From NCBI GenBank assembly GCA_964474825.1, contig CAYYWQ010000001.1, positions 1,033,606 to 1,097,605 of the forward strand: DNA of 64,000 bases, written 5' to 3'. Under the pieces are notes generated by a model. It ran no database searches, was not told where the DNA came from, and was given only the letters and a program-made list of their open reading frames with translations. Source of the stretch: an uncultured Candidatus Saccharibacteria bacterium (GTDB taxonomy: Bacteria; Patescibacteriota; Doudnabacteria; UBA920). Positions 1-9,019 of the stretch are shown here, in pieces (positions within the stretch are counted from its first letter, which is position 1; the number at the start of each line of letters is the position of its first letter). The translations under genes and the position numbers were made by a program.

Positions 1-41
1 TAATTAAATTTAATCTTTTTGGCTTCCCAAGCAACGTTTTA

Positions 42-1136
42 ATGGCTTGGGTCTTTTTGTTTTGGATAATTTTTGCTATTTGGCTAATTGCAAAAAAACA
101 GATATCAGCATTTCTGACGGTCGTCAAAAACACTGATAGTAAAATCCTAATTTTAACCGGATTATTTTTTACATCGGGAATAATCAGCTTGTGGGTAGGC
201 GACCTTGACCGCGCGAAACTGGGACAATTTATTGTTCTTTTCCTTCAGCCGATAGGTATTTTTTTCATCGGAAAATTCCTAAACGAAAGTTTTCCAAATA
301 CAAAATACATAATACATAATACTTTATACGCCTTGCTTGGTCTTGCTGGCGCTTACGCCCTAATCCAATACCTCACCCTCTTAGGCCTGCCTCCCGCGTG
401 GTGGGGGAACAACGAGGAACCCAAACGCGCTTTAAGTTTTTTTATACATCCCAACTTTTACGCCCTGTGGTGCGCACCACTTCTGGCGTTTTTGTTGCCA
501 GATTTAGGATTTAAGATTAAAGATTTACGAAAGAACCATCTTGCCGTTATTGCTTGGGTGCTTGGATCAATCGGATTGTTTTTATCTTTGTCCCGCGCCG
601 GTTGGCTTGGGCTCGCGGCCGCAATTTTAACTTATCTGATTGTTGCTGCGGATAAAAAAATTAGGCAAACAGTTTTTGCCGCAGTTATTATTATGATCAT
701 AATTATTTTTGCAGTCCCTAACTTCCGCTACCGTGTATTACTGCCTTTTTACGGAGAGAAATCCGCTGTGTCGCGTTTTTCGCTCTGGGACACAGGTTAC
801 AAAGGCATAAAGCAGTCGCCTCTAACCGGTCTTGGACTCACAGGCTTTTCCAAACAATGGAATACCTTAAACACAGACCCAGGCCTAACAGAAACCCACA
901 ACTACCCGCACAATATTTTTTTGGACTTGTGGGTAGAAACGGGCTTAATAGGACTAATAAGTCTAACAGGACTCATGGGACTCTATATTTTCCGCGGCCT
1001 TAAAAACAAAAGCAATCTTATTGCGCTATCTGTTAGTCTATTTTTAATAACCCTTCTGGTCCAAGGCCAAATAGACAACCCCTATTTTAAAAACGATTTG
1101 GCAATGGTGTTTTGGATAATTTTGACCTTTATTTAA
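42..1136 (+). CDS. Polytopic membrane protein, O-antigen ligase/polymerase (WaaL/Wzy_C)-like
   Basis: About 10 predicted TM helices. The LSLSRAGWLGLAAAIL segment is typical of the Wzy_C/O-antigen ligase loop. No homology search was run. Confidence 0.5.
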   Translation: MAWVFLFWIIFAIWLIAKKQISAFLTVVKNTDSKILILTGLFFTSGIISLWVGDLDRAKLGQFIVLFLQPIGIFFIGKFLNESFPNTKYIIHNTLYALLGLAGAYALIQYLTLLGLPPAWWGNNEEPKRALSFFIHPNFYALWCAPLLAFLLPDLGFKIKDLRKNHLAVIAWVLGSIGLFLSLSRAGWLGLAAAILTYLIVAADKKIRQTVFAAVIIMIIIIFAVPNFRYRVLLPFYGEKSAVSRFSLWDTGYKGIKQSPLTGLGLTGFSKQWNTLNTDPGLTETHNYPHNIFLDLWVETGLIGLISLTGLMGLYIFRGLKNKSNLIALSVSLFLITLLVQGQIDNPYFKNDLAMVFWIILTFI

Positions 1137-2314
1137 AAAAGACAATTAATAAAAAATTTATGAAATTAAAATTTTTTATTGCCCTTCTAATAATTGCCAC
1201 TGCCTGGGGTCTGGTTTATTTCAAAAATAAAAAAAGCCTACCAAACAGCGAACAGGCGCAAGAAATAAAAATTGGATTTATTGCCCCCTTAACAGGAAGC
1301 GCGGCGTCTTACGGCGAAGAGACGCGCAATGCCGCTTTAATGGCGCAAGAGGAAATTAACTCGCAGGGCGGCATTAACGGAAAAAAGTTAAACATAATTG
1401 TTGAAGATGGGAAATGTGATGCTTCCGCGGCCCTGGGCGCGTGGCAAAAATTAACCGAAACCGACAAAGTCAATATAATTTTAGGCGGTCATTGCAGCAC
1501 GGAAACAGTTGCGCTAGCCCCTAAAACTGCGGGGAAGAAAGTGTTACTGCTGGCAAATATCACTTCCAAATCCGAAATTGCGAATGAAGGCACGTGGGTT
1601 TTTAGGAACTCTCCTCCAAACAGCTATTACGCGGAACAGGCGGCCAAACATGCTTTTAGCCAAGGCTACAAAAGAATGGCTGTAGTAACCGAACTCAAAG
1701 ACTACACTAAAGATTTTAACCAAACTTTTATTAAGGTTTACCAAGATTTAGGGGGAGTGGTAGTGACCGAGGAACAGGTCACCCCTGACAGTACGGATTT
1801 TAGGACAGTCATGGCAAAATTAAAAACAGGTTCTTTTGACGCAGTACAGGCATCTTTTCAAGGCCCCGCCACTATGGGCATATTTGCCAAACAAATGACC
1901 GAAGCGGGAATAGACAAACCCTTGCTCCTAGACGCCGCTTTTAACGGCAAGCAATTCCTTAGCGCTTCGGGCAACCAAACACCCAAAGTTTTTTACGGCA
2001 TCACCGGGTACACAGACCCGATCCAACCGGCAGCTAAAATTTTTGTTGATAACTATAAATCTAAATATAACAAAGATATTAATTTTAGCCTGTTTTACAT
2101 TGCCGCTACATACGACATGGTCTACCGCCTAAAAAACGCAATTGCGAATTGCGGCTCCACGGAAACCGCTTGCATACAAAGCCGTTTTCAAAAAACTGAA
2201 CCAATTTCAGGCGCGGCCGGCACCATTACTTTTGACAGCTTGGGAAGACCTCGGTCACCCATAGCTGTCGCTACTATAGTAGACGGCCTAGCCCAATACA
2301 CTTTAATAAAATAA
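1112..2314 (+). CDS. Periplasmic-binding-protein family 6 substrate-binding protein (Leu/Ile/Val-binding LivK-like), with an N-terminal TM anchor
   Basis: The N-terminus FIAPLTGSAASYGEETRNAALMAQEEINSQGGINGKKLNIIVEDGKCD is the hallmark start of branched-chain amino-acid-binding proteins. A hydrophobic anchor precedes it. Confidence 0.7.
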   Translation: MDNFDLYLKKTINKKFMKLKFFIALLIIATAWGLVYFKNKKSLPNSEQAQEIKIGFIAPLTGSAASYGEETRNAALMAQEEINSQGGINGKKLNIIVEDGKCDASAALGAWQKLTETDKVNIILGGHCSTETVALAPKTAGKKVLLLANITSKSEIANEGTWVFRNSPPNSYYAEQAAKHAFSQGYKRMAVVTELKDYTKDFNQTFIKVYQDLGGVVVTEEQVTPDSTDFRTVMAKLKTGSFDAVQASFQGPATMGIFAKQMTEAGIDKPLLLDAAFNGKQFLSASGNQTPKVFYGITGYTDPIQPAAKIFVDNYKSKYNKDINFSLFYIAATYDMVYRLKNAIANCGSTETACIQSRFQKTEPISGAAGTITFDSLGRPRSPIAVATIVDGLAQYTLIK

Positions 2315-2345
2315 AAAAAACACCCTCACGAGAGGGTGTTTTAAA
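2312..2345. terminator. Bidirectional intrinsic terminator (acaccctc-acgag-agggtgt flanked by A/T runs)
   Basis: A perfect hairpin sits between the convergent genes 1112-2314(+) and 2347-2817(-), with an A-run on one side and a T-run on the other. Confidence 0.5.
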
Positions 2346-2346
2346 T

Positions 2347-2817
2347 TTATCTTTTAAGCCTTATAACCACTTGGCGGTAGGGGTCTTGGCCCAGACTTTC
2401 ACTAAAGACTTCGGGGCAGTTTTCTTGAAGGTAGGCATGGACCAAGCGGCGTTCGTAGTTGGGCATGGGCTCCAGGGCTTGTCCGCGTCCGGTTTTTTTA
2501 AGCTGCTCCACAGCGGCTTTGGCTGTTTCTTTTATATACCACTCGCGCTTACGTTTGTAGTCGTCTACATCGAGCGAAAACCAGAACGGTTCCTGAGAGT
2601 GAAATTTTTTAGAAGCCAGAGCCTGAACTAAAATTTGCAAAGAGTGCAGAGTCGCTCCCTGGCGGCCAATGAGCAAGAAAGAGTCAGGGGAGCTAATGTT
2701 AAATATTAACCCTTTGGTAATGCTTTCTTCAAACTCCACCTGAGCTTTAACACCAAGGTAACCGAGCAATTCATTTATTATTGTTTTTACTTGTTCAATT
2801 TTGTCGTAGTCGGTCAT
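2347..2817 (-). CDS. jag: Jag/KhpB RNA-binding protein (KH + R3H domains)
   Basis: It has the C-terminal R3H motif region RRLVHAYLQEN. It sits immediately downstream of yidC in the conserved rnpA-yidD-yidC-jag cluster. Confidence 0.75.
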   Translation of the reverse strand: MTDYDKIEQVKTIINELLGYLGVKAQVEFEESITKGLIFNISSPDSFLLIGRQGATLHSLQILVQALASKKFHSQEPFWFSLDVDDYKRKREWYIKETAKAAVEQLKKTGRGQALEPMPNYERRLVHAYLQENCPEVFSESLGQDPYRQVVIRLKR

Positions 2818-2900
2818 AGGAATGTAGTTAGTAGTAAGTAGTTAGTAGCCAAAATTCCTGACTACTACCTACCAGCTACTTACTACGGACTAACAGACTG

Positions 2901-3710
2901 TTACTTTGTATTTTTTTCTTCATTTTTTGACCAAATATGACCAGAAGCCATGACCCTAGCCCCTGGAGTAATCCCATCTTTTCCAGTTTTAAGTATCCAA
3001 TACTGCTGGGCTATTGTAAAAACTGTGGTCGCGGTCCAGTAAAGGGAAAGTCCGGTAACAAAGCGGAGTGACAAGTAAACAAAGAATACCGGGAAAAAAT
3101 ATGTCATCTGCATTTGCATAATTTTAGCCGTAGCATCCACCGGGCCTTTGGCTGTTGTCAGCATTAGCTTAGACTGCCAGAACTGGCTAAGTCCGGTAAG
3201 CACTGCCAGCACCACTCCCGGCCAATACCAAACACTACCAACCCAGGGGATTTTAGACAAATCTAAAAAGTGCAAAAACATAAAGCTAATATGTTCCGGC
3301 GCTTTAACAAAAGTATACAGGCCTTCAATCTGTCCGGTACCTAAAGCCGCGCGGAAAACCTGGTTTAAGGCCAAGAGTAAAGGAAGCTGGATTAACAAAG
3401 GCAAGCAGGAAGCAAAAGGGTTAATCTTGTGCTCTTTGTAGAGGTCCATCATGGCTTTAGCTTCAGCCTCTTTATTACCTTTATGCTTTTCCCGCAGTTC
3501 AGTAAGCTTTGGCTGCAAGTCGTTCATGGCCTTTTGGCTTTTGAGAGACTTGTGGAAGCTGGGCGCCAAAGCCAAACGAATAAGTACAGTAAGTAAAATA
3601 ATAACCACGCCAATGTCGTGGCCCGGAATGACATTGTAAAAAAAGATCAGCAGGTTAAGCAGAGGGCGGTAAACGGATTCGTGATATAAAACACTAATAA
3701 AATGGAACAT
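2901..3710 (-). CDS. yidC: Membrane protein insertase YidC/Oxa1 family
   Basis: It carries the conserved YidC core LPLLIQLPLLLAL and has several TM segments. It sits in the rnpA-yidD-yidC synteny. Confidence 0.85.
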   Translation of the reverse strand: MFHFISVLYHESVYRPLLNLLIFFYNVIPGHDIGVVIILLTVLIRLALAPSFHKSLKSQKAMNDLQPKLTELREKHKGNKEAEAKAMMDLYKEHKINPFASCLPLLIQLPLLLALNQVFRAALGTGQIEGLYTFVKAPEHISFMFLHFLDLSKIPWVGSVWYWPGVVLAVLTGLSQFWQSKLMLTTAKGPVDATAKIMQMQMTYFFPVFFVYLSLRFVTGLSLYWTATTVFTIAQQYWILKTGKDGITPGARVMASGHIWSKNEEKNTK

Positions 3711-3720
3711 TCAAATAAAA

Positions 3721-3987
3721 TTAAGGAACTAAATCTACCGAAGGCTCGGCCCAAGGGTGGCAATGAGCTAATCTTTTTGCTGATAAAAACAAACCTTTAA
3801 ACACTCCATGCTTAAGCAAGCTTTGCCTGCTATATTCGCTGCAGGAAGGGTAGTGCCGGCAAAAACCATAAGGAAAACTGGCAGAAAGCCAGCTATGGTC
3901 TGGGGACAGGAGTAGCTGATAAAGACTAATTAACAAAGACAGGGCCTTTGTTGGTAAGCTTATAAAGTTTTGAAAAATTTTTTTCAT
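3721..3987 (-). CDS. yidD: Membrane protein insertion efficiency factor YidD
   Basis: It has the CRHYPSCSEY...HGxxKGxxLxxxRLxxCHPW signature of YidD. Confidence 0.8.
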   Translation of the reverse strand: MKKIFQNFISLPTKALSLLISLYQLLLSPDHSWLSASFPYGFCRHYPSCSEYSRQSLLKHGVFKGLFLSAKRLAHCHPWAEPSVDLVP

Positions 3988-3990
3988 TTT

Positions 3991-4329
3991 TTATGTCAGA
4001 AGCTTGCCGGACCTGCACAGCTCTTCAAATTTTTTTACGAGTTCTTTACTTTCCTTGGCCGCGGCTGCCGGTTTTATAACAATCGCGTAATCGCCTGTGC
4101 GAAAACTCTTTATATTTAAGCGAATAAATTCCCGAATTAAGCGCTTAAGCCTGTTTCTTTTAACAGCGCTTTTGGAAACTTTAGTGGAAACCACAACCGT
4201 GAACCGGGAAGGCTCGTTAGTTATAGCCAAAAATTTTACTGTAAACAATGGGTTAAAAAAAGCCCTCCCTCGCGCAAACACACGCTGTACTGCTGTTGTC
4301 TTGCCCAAGCGATGCTCTTTTTTAAACAT
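3991..4329 (-). CDS. rnpA: Ribonuclease P protein component
   Basis: A small basic protein with the N-terminus KKEHRLGKTTAVQRVFARGRAFFNPLFTVKF, which is the RnpA RNR-like motif region. It sits between rpmH and yidD. Confidence 0.85.
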   Translation of the reverse strand: MFKKEHRLGKTTAVQRVFARGRAFFNPLFTVKFLAITNEPSRFTVVVSTKVSKSAVKRNRLKRLIREFIRLNIKSFRTGDYAIVIKPAAAAKESKELVKKFEELCRSGKLLT

Positions 4330-4339
4330 AAACCTTAAA

Positions 4340-4474
4340 TTAAACCGTCAGTTTCTTGCGGCCTTTTGCCCTGCGGCGAGCCAAAACATTGCGGCCAGTC
4401 TTGGTTTGCATGCGCTTTAAAAAGCCATGCCTGACTTTGCGCCTTTTGCTTTTGGGTTGGTAAGTTCTTTTCAT
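4340..4474 (-). CDS. rpmH: 50S ribosomal protein L34 (missing from the ORF track; 44 aa)
   Basis: Reverse-complement translation of 4340-4474 gives [44 protein letters not shown], a textbook L34 sequence. It lies directly upstream of rnpA, as in most bacteria. Confidence 0.8.
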   Translation of the reverse strand: MKRTYQPKSKRRKVRHGFLKRMQTKTGRNVLARRRAKGRKKLTV

Positions 4475-4778
4475 AATAAAGTTAATTATCTTCCTCGCGG
4501 CTGCATCCGCGGCTAATAAATCTTAAATAATTATACAGAAAAAACCTCTTGCAGTCAATTGGCAAAAAGACTAAAACTCAAAAAAATAATTGGACACATC
4601 TTGTCCACAGGATGTTAACAGACTTTGCATTTTCCCTTTTATTTAAGGCCTGTTTTGCCTTGTTTACATGTTGATAACTCCCTGTTACAATGAAATACAC
4701 AACTAAAAAATATTTGAAATCTAACACCTAAACCCTAAGAAACAGAAATAATAATACCGAAAATCCCTAAAGGACATT

Positions 4779-6125
4779 ATGAATAACCAACAACTCTGGC
4801 AAGCAATTTTAGGAAGCATGGAAGTATCCCTTAGCAAAGGGAGTTTTAACACCTGGTTTAAAGGAACAGGCATTATTGAGCATGGGGCGGACTATATCAT
4901 TGTTGGTGTTCCCAGTGATTTCCACAAAAATTGGATTTCCGGAAAATATCACCAGGAAATGCTAAAATCCTTAAAAACTATTTCCCCTGAAATTAAAGAA
5001 ATCCGCTACCAATTAGGCAACACCCCGCAAGCTGCAGCGCCGGCTAAGACCACCAGCAAAAACGAGGGGACCACGCATCACCACAAAGAAGCAGGGGGCT
5101 CTGGGTTTTCCGGCTTAAACCCCAAATACACTTTTGAAACGTTCATTATTGGCAAAAATAACGAATTAGCCCACGCGGCTTCCATTTCCGTGGCCAAAAC
5201 GCCCGGAACACAGTATAATCCGCTATTTATTTATGGAGGTGTGGGTTTGGGTAAAACCCATTTAATGCAGGCTGTTGGCCACAGACTGCTCCAAACCAAC
5301 CCCCAGGCCAAAGCCATGTATGTAACTTCCGAAAAATTCACAAATGACTACGTAGACGCCATAAAACAGAACCGAATGGAAGATTTTAAGAAGAGTTATC
5401 GCCATTTGGATATTTTAATGATAGACGACATCCAGTTTATTGCCGGCAAAGAAGGTACCCAGGAAGAATTCTTTCACACCTTTAACGAACTGCGTGATAA
5501 AGGCAAACAAATCTTAATTACTTCAGACCGTTTGCCAAAAGATATCCCCGCTATTGAGCAAAGACTAGTCTCCCGCTTTGAATGGGGGATGGTGGCAGAC
5601 ATTCAGGCGCCGGACCTGGAAACCCGCATGGCCATACTCCGCACCAAAATGGAAAAACGCGGCACCCAGATTTCCGAAGATATTTTATTTTACATTGCGG
5701 AGAATATTCAGAACAACGTGCGCGAACTGGAAGGTGCCTTAAACCGTTTAGCGGTCTACCAGCAAATGGAAAACCGCGGGCTGGTACTTGACCAGGCTAA
5801 AAGCATTTTAGCCAGCATTATAGGCACTAAAAAGAAGATTACCTCGGCAAAGAAAATAGCTGAATCTGTTGCGGAATTTTACAATATTACCACTGAAGAC
5901 CTTATAAAACAGTCGCGAAAGAAAGAATTTGTTAAGCCTCGCCAGATTGCCATGTACTTAATTCGCAAACAACTGGAAAACTCTTTCCCTTCCATTGGTG
6001 ATTTTTTTGGGGGCCGCGACCACACCACAGTTATGCACGCTGTAGAAAAAGTGGAAAAGCTGGTGATAGAGAAGGACCAATTCAAACAAGAGATGGATTT
6101 AATACTGGATAAGCTGTTCACATAA
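4779..6125 (+). CDS. dnaA: Chromosomal replication initiator protein DnaA
   Basis: It has the Walker A GVGLGKTHLMQAVGH, an AAA+ domain III and a C-terminal DNA-binding domain (QIAMYLIRK...FGGRDHTTV). Confidence 0.95.
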   Translation: MNNQQLWQAILGSMEVSLSKGSFNTWFKGTGIIEHGADYIIVGVPSDFHKNWISGKYHQEMLKSLKTISPEIKEIRYQLGNTPQAAAPAKTTSKNEGTTHHHKEAGGSGFSGLNPKYTFETFIIGKNNELAHAASISVAKTPGTQYNPLFIYGGVGLGKTHLMQAVGHRLLQTNPQAKAMYVTSEKFTNDYVDAIKQNRMEDFKKSYRHLDILMIDDIQFIAGKEGTQEEFFHTFNELRDKGKQILITSDRLPKDIPAIEQRLVSRFEWGMVADIQAPDLETRMAILRTKMEKRGTQISEDILFYIAENIQNNVRELEGALNRLAVYQQMENRGLVLDQAKSILASIIGTKKKITSAKKIAESVAEFYNITTEDLIKQSRKKEFVKPRQIAMYLIRKQLENSFPSIGDFFGGRDHTTVMHAVEKVEKLVIEKDQFKQEMDLILDKLFT

Positions 6126-6313
6126 CTGTTAATAACTTTACAAGTTGGGTATAAAAAATATTCCAGGTGATATTTAAAAAGGTTTCCGGTTTATTATCAA
6201 CAGCTAATTTCACACCAAGTACCATTATTTATTACTTAAGCAAGGCTTATCCCCAAATCCACAAGACTTATTATTACTATCTATTTATACTTTATATTTA
6301 AATACTAAGTAAC
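6126..6313. promoter_or_regulatory. Candidate oriC: the dnaA-dnaN intergenic region has three near-consensus DnaA boxes and an AT-rich unwinding-like stretch
   Basis: TTATCAACA (6194-6202), TTATCCCCA (6247-6255) and AAATCCACA (6256-6264) each differ from TTATCCACA by 1-2 positions. A very AT-rich run (ctatttatactttatatttaaatac) follows. A second weaker cluster (TTGTCCACA at 4601-4609, TGTTGATAA at 4669-4677) lies upstream of dnaA. Confidence 0.4.
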
Positions 6314-7408
6314 ATGAAAATAATTTGTACCCAAGAAAATTTAAAGAACGGGTTACTGACTGTTGGAAGGATTATTTCATCTAGCAACAGTTTACCTATC
6401 TTAAATAATATTTTAATAAAATCTGAAAATGGTTTATTAAAGCTTTCCTCAACAAACCTGGAAATTGGGATCACTACCTATATTCGCTGTAAAATAGAAG
6501 AGGAAGGGGAAATTACCATACTTTGTAAAACCATAACAGAGTTGATTGGTAGTTTTCCAAACCAAAACATTGAGCTTAAAACTGAAAACGGGCAAATGAA
6601 GGTGGAGACCGAAAATTACCATACCCAAATTAAAACCTTGCCGGCCGAAGAATTTCCTTTGATCCCGGTTTTGGAAAACAACAACACTTTGGAGCTGGAT
6701 GCGCAGGAGTTAAAGCAGGCGCTGGATCAAGTGGTGTTTGCGGTTTCCACAAACCAGACCCAGCCGGAGATTTCTGGGGTATTACTTTCTTTTGAAGGCA
6801 AGAATTTAACCATAGCAGCTACTGATCGTTACCGTTTAGCCGAAAGAAAATTGGTTTTACCTAAAAACGACAGCGGCGACCAGCAGATTATTGTGCCGCA
6901 TAAAACCATTTTAGAAATCTCTAGGGTTATTGGCGGACAAAAGGGTAATATAGAAGTTAAATTTACAACCAGCCAGATTGCTTTTAAGTTTAATAACACG
7001 GAAATTATTAGCCGTCTAGTGGATGGACAGTATCCGGACTATAAACAAATTATTCCCACGGAATTTCCTACTCAAGTAACAGTGAAAAAGCCGGAACTTC
7101 TTAGTGCCTTAAAAGCCAGTAGTATTTTTAGTCAAACAAGTAATAGCGTAAAATTTGAATACGGAGATAATTCCCTTAAGCTCAGTACGGAATCGCAGGA
7201 CTTGGGAAAAAGCGAGGTGGATATAGCGGCTACAGTTGAGGGAAAATCCGGCATGGTAATGCTAAATTACCATTATATTATTGACTGTTTAAACAGTATA
7301 AGTTCTGAAAATGTTATAATGAAAATCATTGACGACAGTTCCCCGAGTTTGATTTTGCCCGAAAGCCAAAGCGATTATTTATATTTAGTAATGCCTATTA
7401 AATCATAA
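6314..7408 (+). CDS. dnaN: DNA polymerase III beta sliding clamp
   Basis: Its position is immediately after dnaA. It has the N-terminus MKIICTQENLKNGL and a three-domain clamp length of 364 aa. Confidence 0.9.
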   Translation: MKIICTQENLKNGLLTVGRIISSSNSLPILNNILIKSENGLLKLSSTNLEIGITTYIRCKIEEEGEITILCKTITELIGSFPNQNIELKTENGQMKVETENYHTQIKTLPAEEFPLIPVLENNNTLELDAQELKQALDQVVFAVSTNQTQPEISGVLLSFEGKNLTIAATDRYRLAERKLVLPKNDSGDQQIIVPHKTILEISRVIGGQKGNIEVKFTTSQIAFKFNNTEIISRLVDGQYPDYKQIIPTEFPTQVTVKKPELLSALKASSIFSQTSNSVKFEYGDNSLKLSTESQDLGKSEVDIAATVEGKSGMVMLNYHYIIDCLNSISSENVIMKIIDDSSPSLILPESQSDYLYLVMPIKS

Positions 7409-7409
7409 T

Positions 7410-8495
7410 ATGAGAATAAAAAGCATAGTAATAAAAAACTTTCGCAACTATCCAAGTTTAGACATAGATATAAATAGTGATGTGGTGGTGTTAACCGGCC
7501 CCAACGCTGTTGGTAAGACTAACCTGCTAGAGTCGGTGTATTTTGCCTCGTTGTTTAAGTCTTTTAGGGACGACACCGAATTTATTTTCTTAAAAGACAG
7601 TTCTAATTTGGAACTAAAAATGCTGGTGGAAAAAGGCGATCAAACTTTCAGTTTTGAGGTTTTTTTGGAACGACGTGAAAAGATTTACGCCAATTTTTTA
7701 CTGGACGGAGTAAAAAAGAAAAGAAGGGAAGCACAGGGTTTTATTAGTGTGGTAATTTTTGACCCTACTGACGTGGATATGTTTAGTAAGACTCCAGAAG
7801 CCAGGAGAAAATATTTAAACATGGTTTTGTCCCAAAAGAGGATAGATTACCTGGACGCACTTGTAAACTATAAAAAAGTTTTATTCCAGAAAAACAAGTT
7901 GCTTCAAGATATAAAACAAGGACGTGGGAACCGAGAAGAGCTTGAGTCATGGAACGAACAATTGGTTAGTTTTGGCAGTCTAATAATGTACGAGAGGAAA
8001 AAATTTGTAAATTTTTTGAATAATAGTATTGCAGAAATTTATTCCAGCATTTCCGGGTTCCACCGCCCTGTTGAAGTGGCTTTGGAGAGCCTGCCGGGTG
8101 ACAGTTTTGAGGAATTGGCAGAAAACTTCCGATTAAAACTTGCGGCCGTAGGTCAAAAAGAACAGCTGGTTGGTATGTGTTTGGCTGGACCTCATCGGGA
8201 CGACTTCTTTTTAAAAAGCGAAGGCTTGTATTTGTCCCCGTTTTCCTCCCGGGGTGAGTTACGCAGCCAAATTTTGTCCTTAAAAATTTTAGAACTGGAA
8301 TATTTAAGTAAAGACGGAGAAAAGCCGATTTTGCTACTAGATGACGTGCTGAGCGAATTAGATGATACCCGGAGAACGTTCCTGCTCAAATATTTACAAG
8401 GAAAATTTCAAACCTTTATTACCACCACTCACCCGCTGGAAATGCCTGCCCAGCACATTACCTTAACACCTGCAGTAGAAGAAGAGGCAAAGTAG
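7410..8495 (+). CDS. recF: DNA replication and repair protein RecF
   Basis: It has the Walker A VLTGPNAVGKTNLLESVYF and the SMC-like signature region LLLDDVLSELDDTRR. It sits after dnaN. Confidence 0.9.
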   Translation: MRIKSIVIKNFRNYPSLDIDINSDVVVLTGPNAVGKTNLLESVYFASLFKSFRDDTEFIFLKDSSNLELKMLVEKGDQTFSFEVFLERREKIYANFLLDGVKKKRREAQGFISVVIFDPTDVDMFSKTPEARRKYLNMVLSQKRIDYLDALVNYKKVLFQKNKLLQDIKQGRGNREELESWNEQLVSFGSLIMYERKKFVNFLNNSIAEIYSSISGFHRPVEVALESLPGDSFEELAENFRLKLAAVGQKEQLVGMCLAGPHRDDFFLKSEGLYLSPFSSRGELRSQILSLKILELEYLSKDGEKPILLLDDVLSELDDTRRTFLLKYLQGKFQTFITTTHPLEMPAQHITLTPAVEEEAK

Positions 8496-8676
8496 AATTT
8501 ACACACCGCCGCCTTTTGGGCTGGCGGAGCCAGTCCCTTTAGGCGGCTCTGGCCAATTTCTTCGTTATTTTCTTCCGGTGTTTGTCACCGTAAGTAAATT
8601 ACGTCTCCAAGCATCCTCAGAAAATGCCTCGAACTTGACTCAGTGTTTAAATTCTAACTATCTATAAATAAAAATT

Positions 8677-8988
8677 ATGTCGCCAAAACCAAAACAGGGT
8701 TTTACATCAATCCAAAAAGTTCTGCCAAACAAACTAAAACAATACAAATTAGAAGCCGCGTTCTATAAACACCAGGCCATAAAACACTGGAACGAAGCTG
8801 CAGGAAAATTCATTAACCAAGCTAAAGACCAAACAAAGGCAATAGATTTAAAAAACGGAATTTTAGTAGTCGCCTGTTTGTCCAAAGAGTTGGCTTATGA
8901 AATAAGAATGATTGTAGAAAGAATAGTTTACGAAATAAACAAACTCATAGGAAAATCTGTGGTGTTTGGGATACATATGGAAATATAA
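8677..8988 (+). CDS. DUF721 / DciA-like small protein (candidate helicase-loading factor)
   Basis: A 103-aa protein with the pattern W..aaG..i...t...d.knGiLvV.c.s...a.El......i...iN...G...V..I, typical of DUF721. It sits at the ori-proximal position after recF, where DUF721/DciA genes are commonly found. Confidence 0.5.
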   Translation: MSPKPKQGFTSIQKVLPNKLKQYKLEAAFYKHQAIKHWNEAAGKFINQAKDQTKAIDLKNGILVVACLSKELAYEIRMIVERIVYEINKLIGKSVVFGIHMEI

Positions 8989-9019
8989 AAAAACACCCCT
9001 AGTCAGGGGTGTTTTTTTA
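8986..9019. terminator. Bidirectional intrinsic terminator (acacccct-agtc-aggggtgt + T7)
   Basis: A perfect GC-rich hairpin flanked by A- and T-runs sits between convergent genes. Confidence 0.5.
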
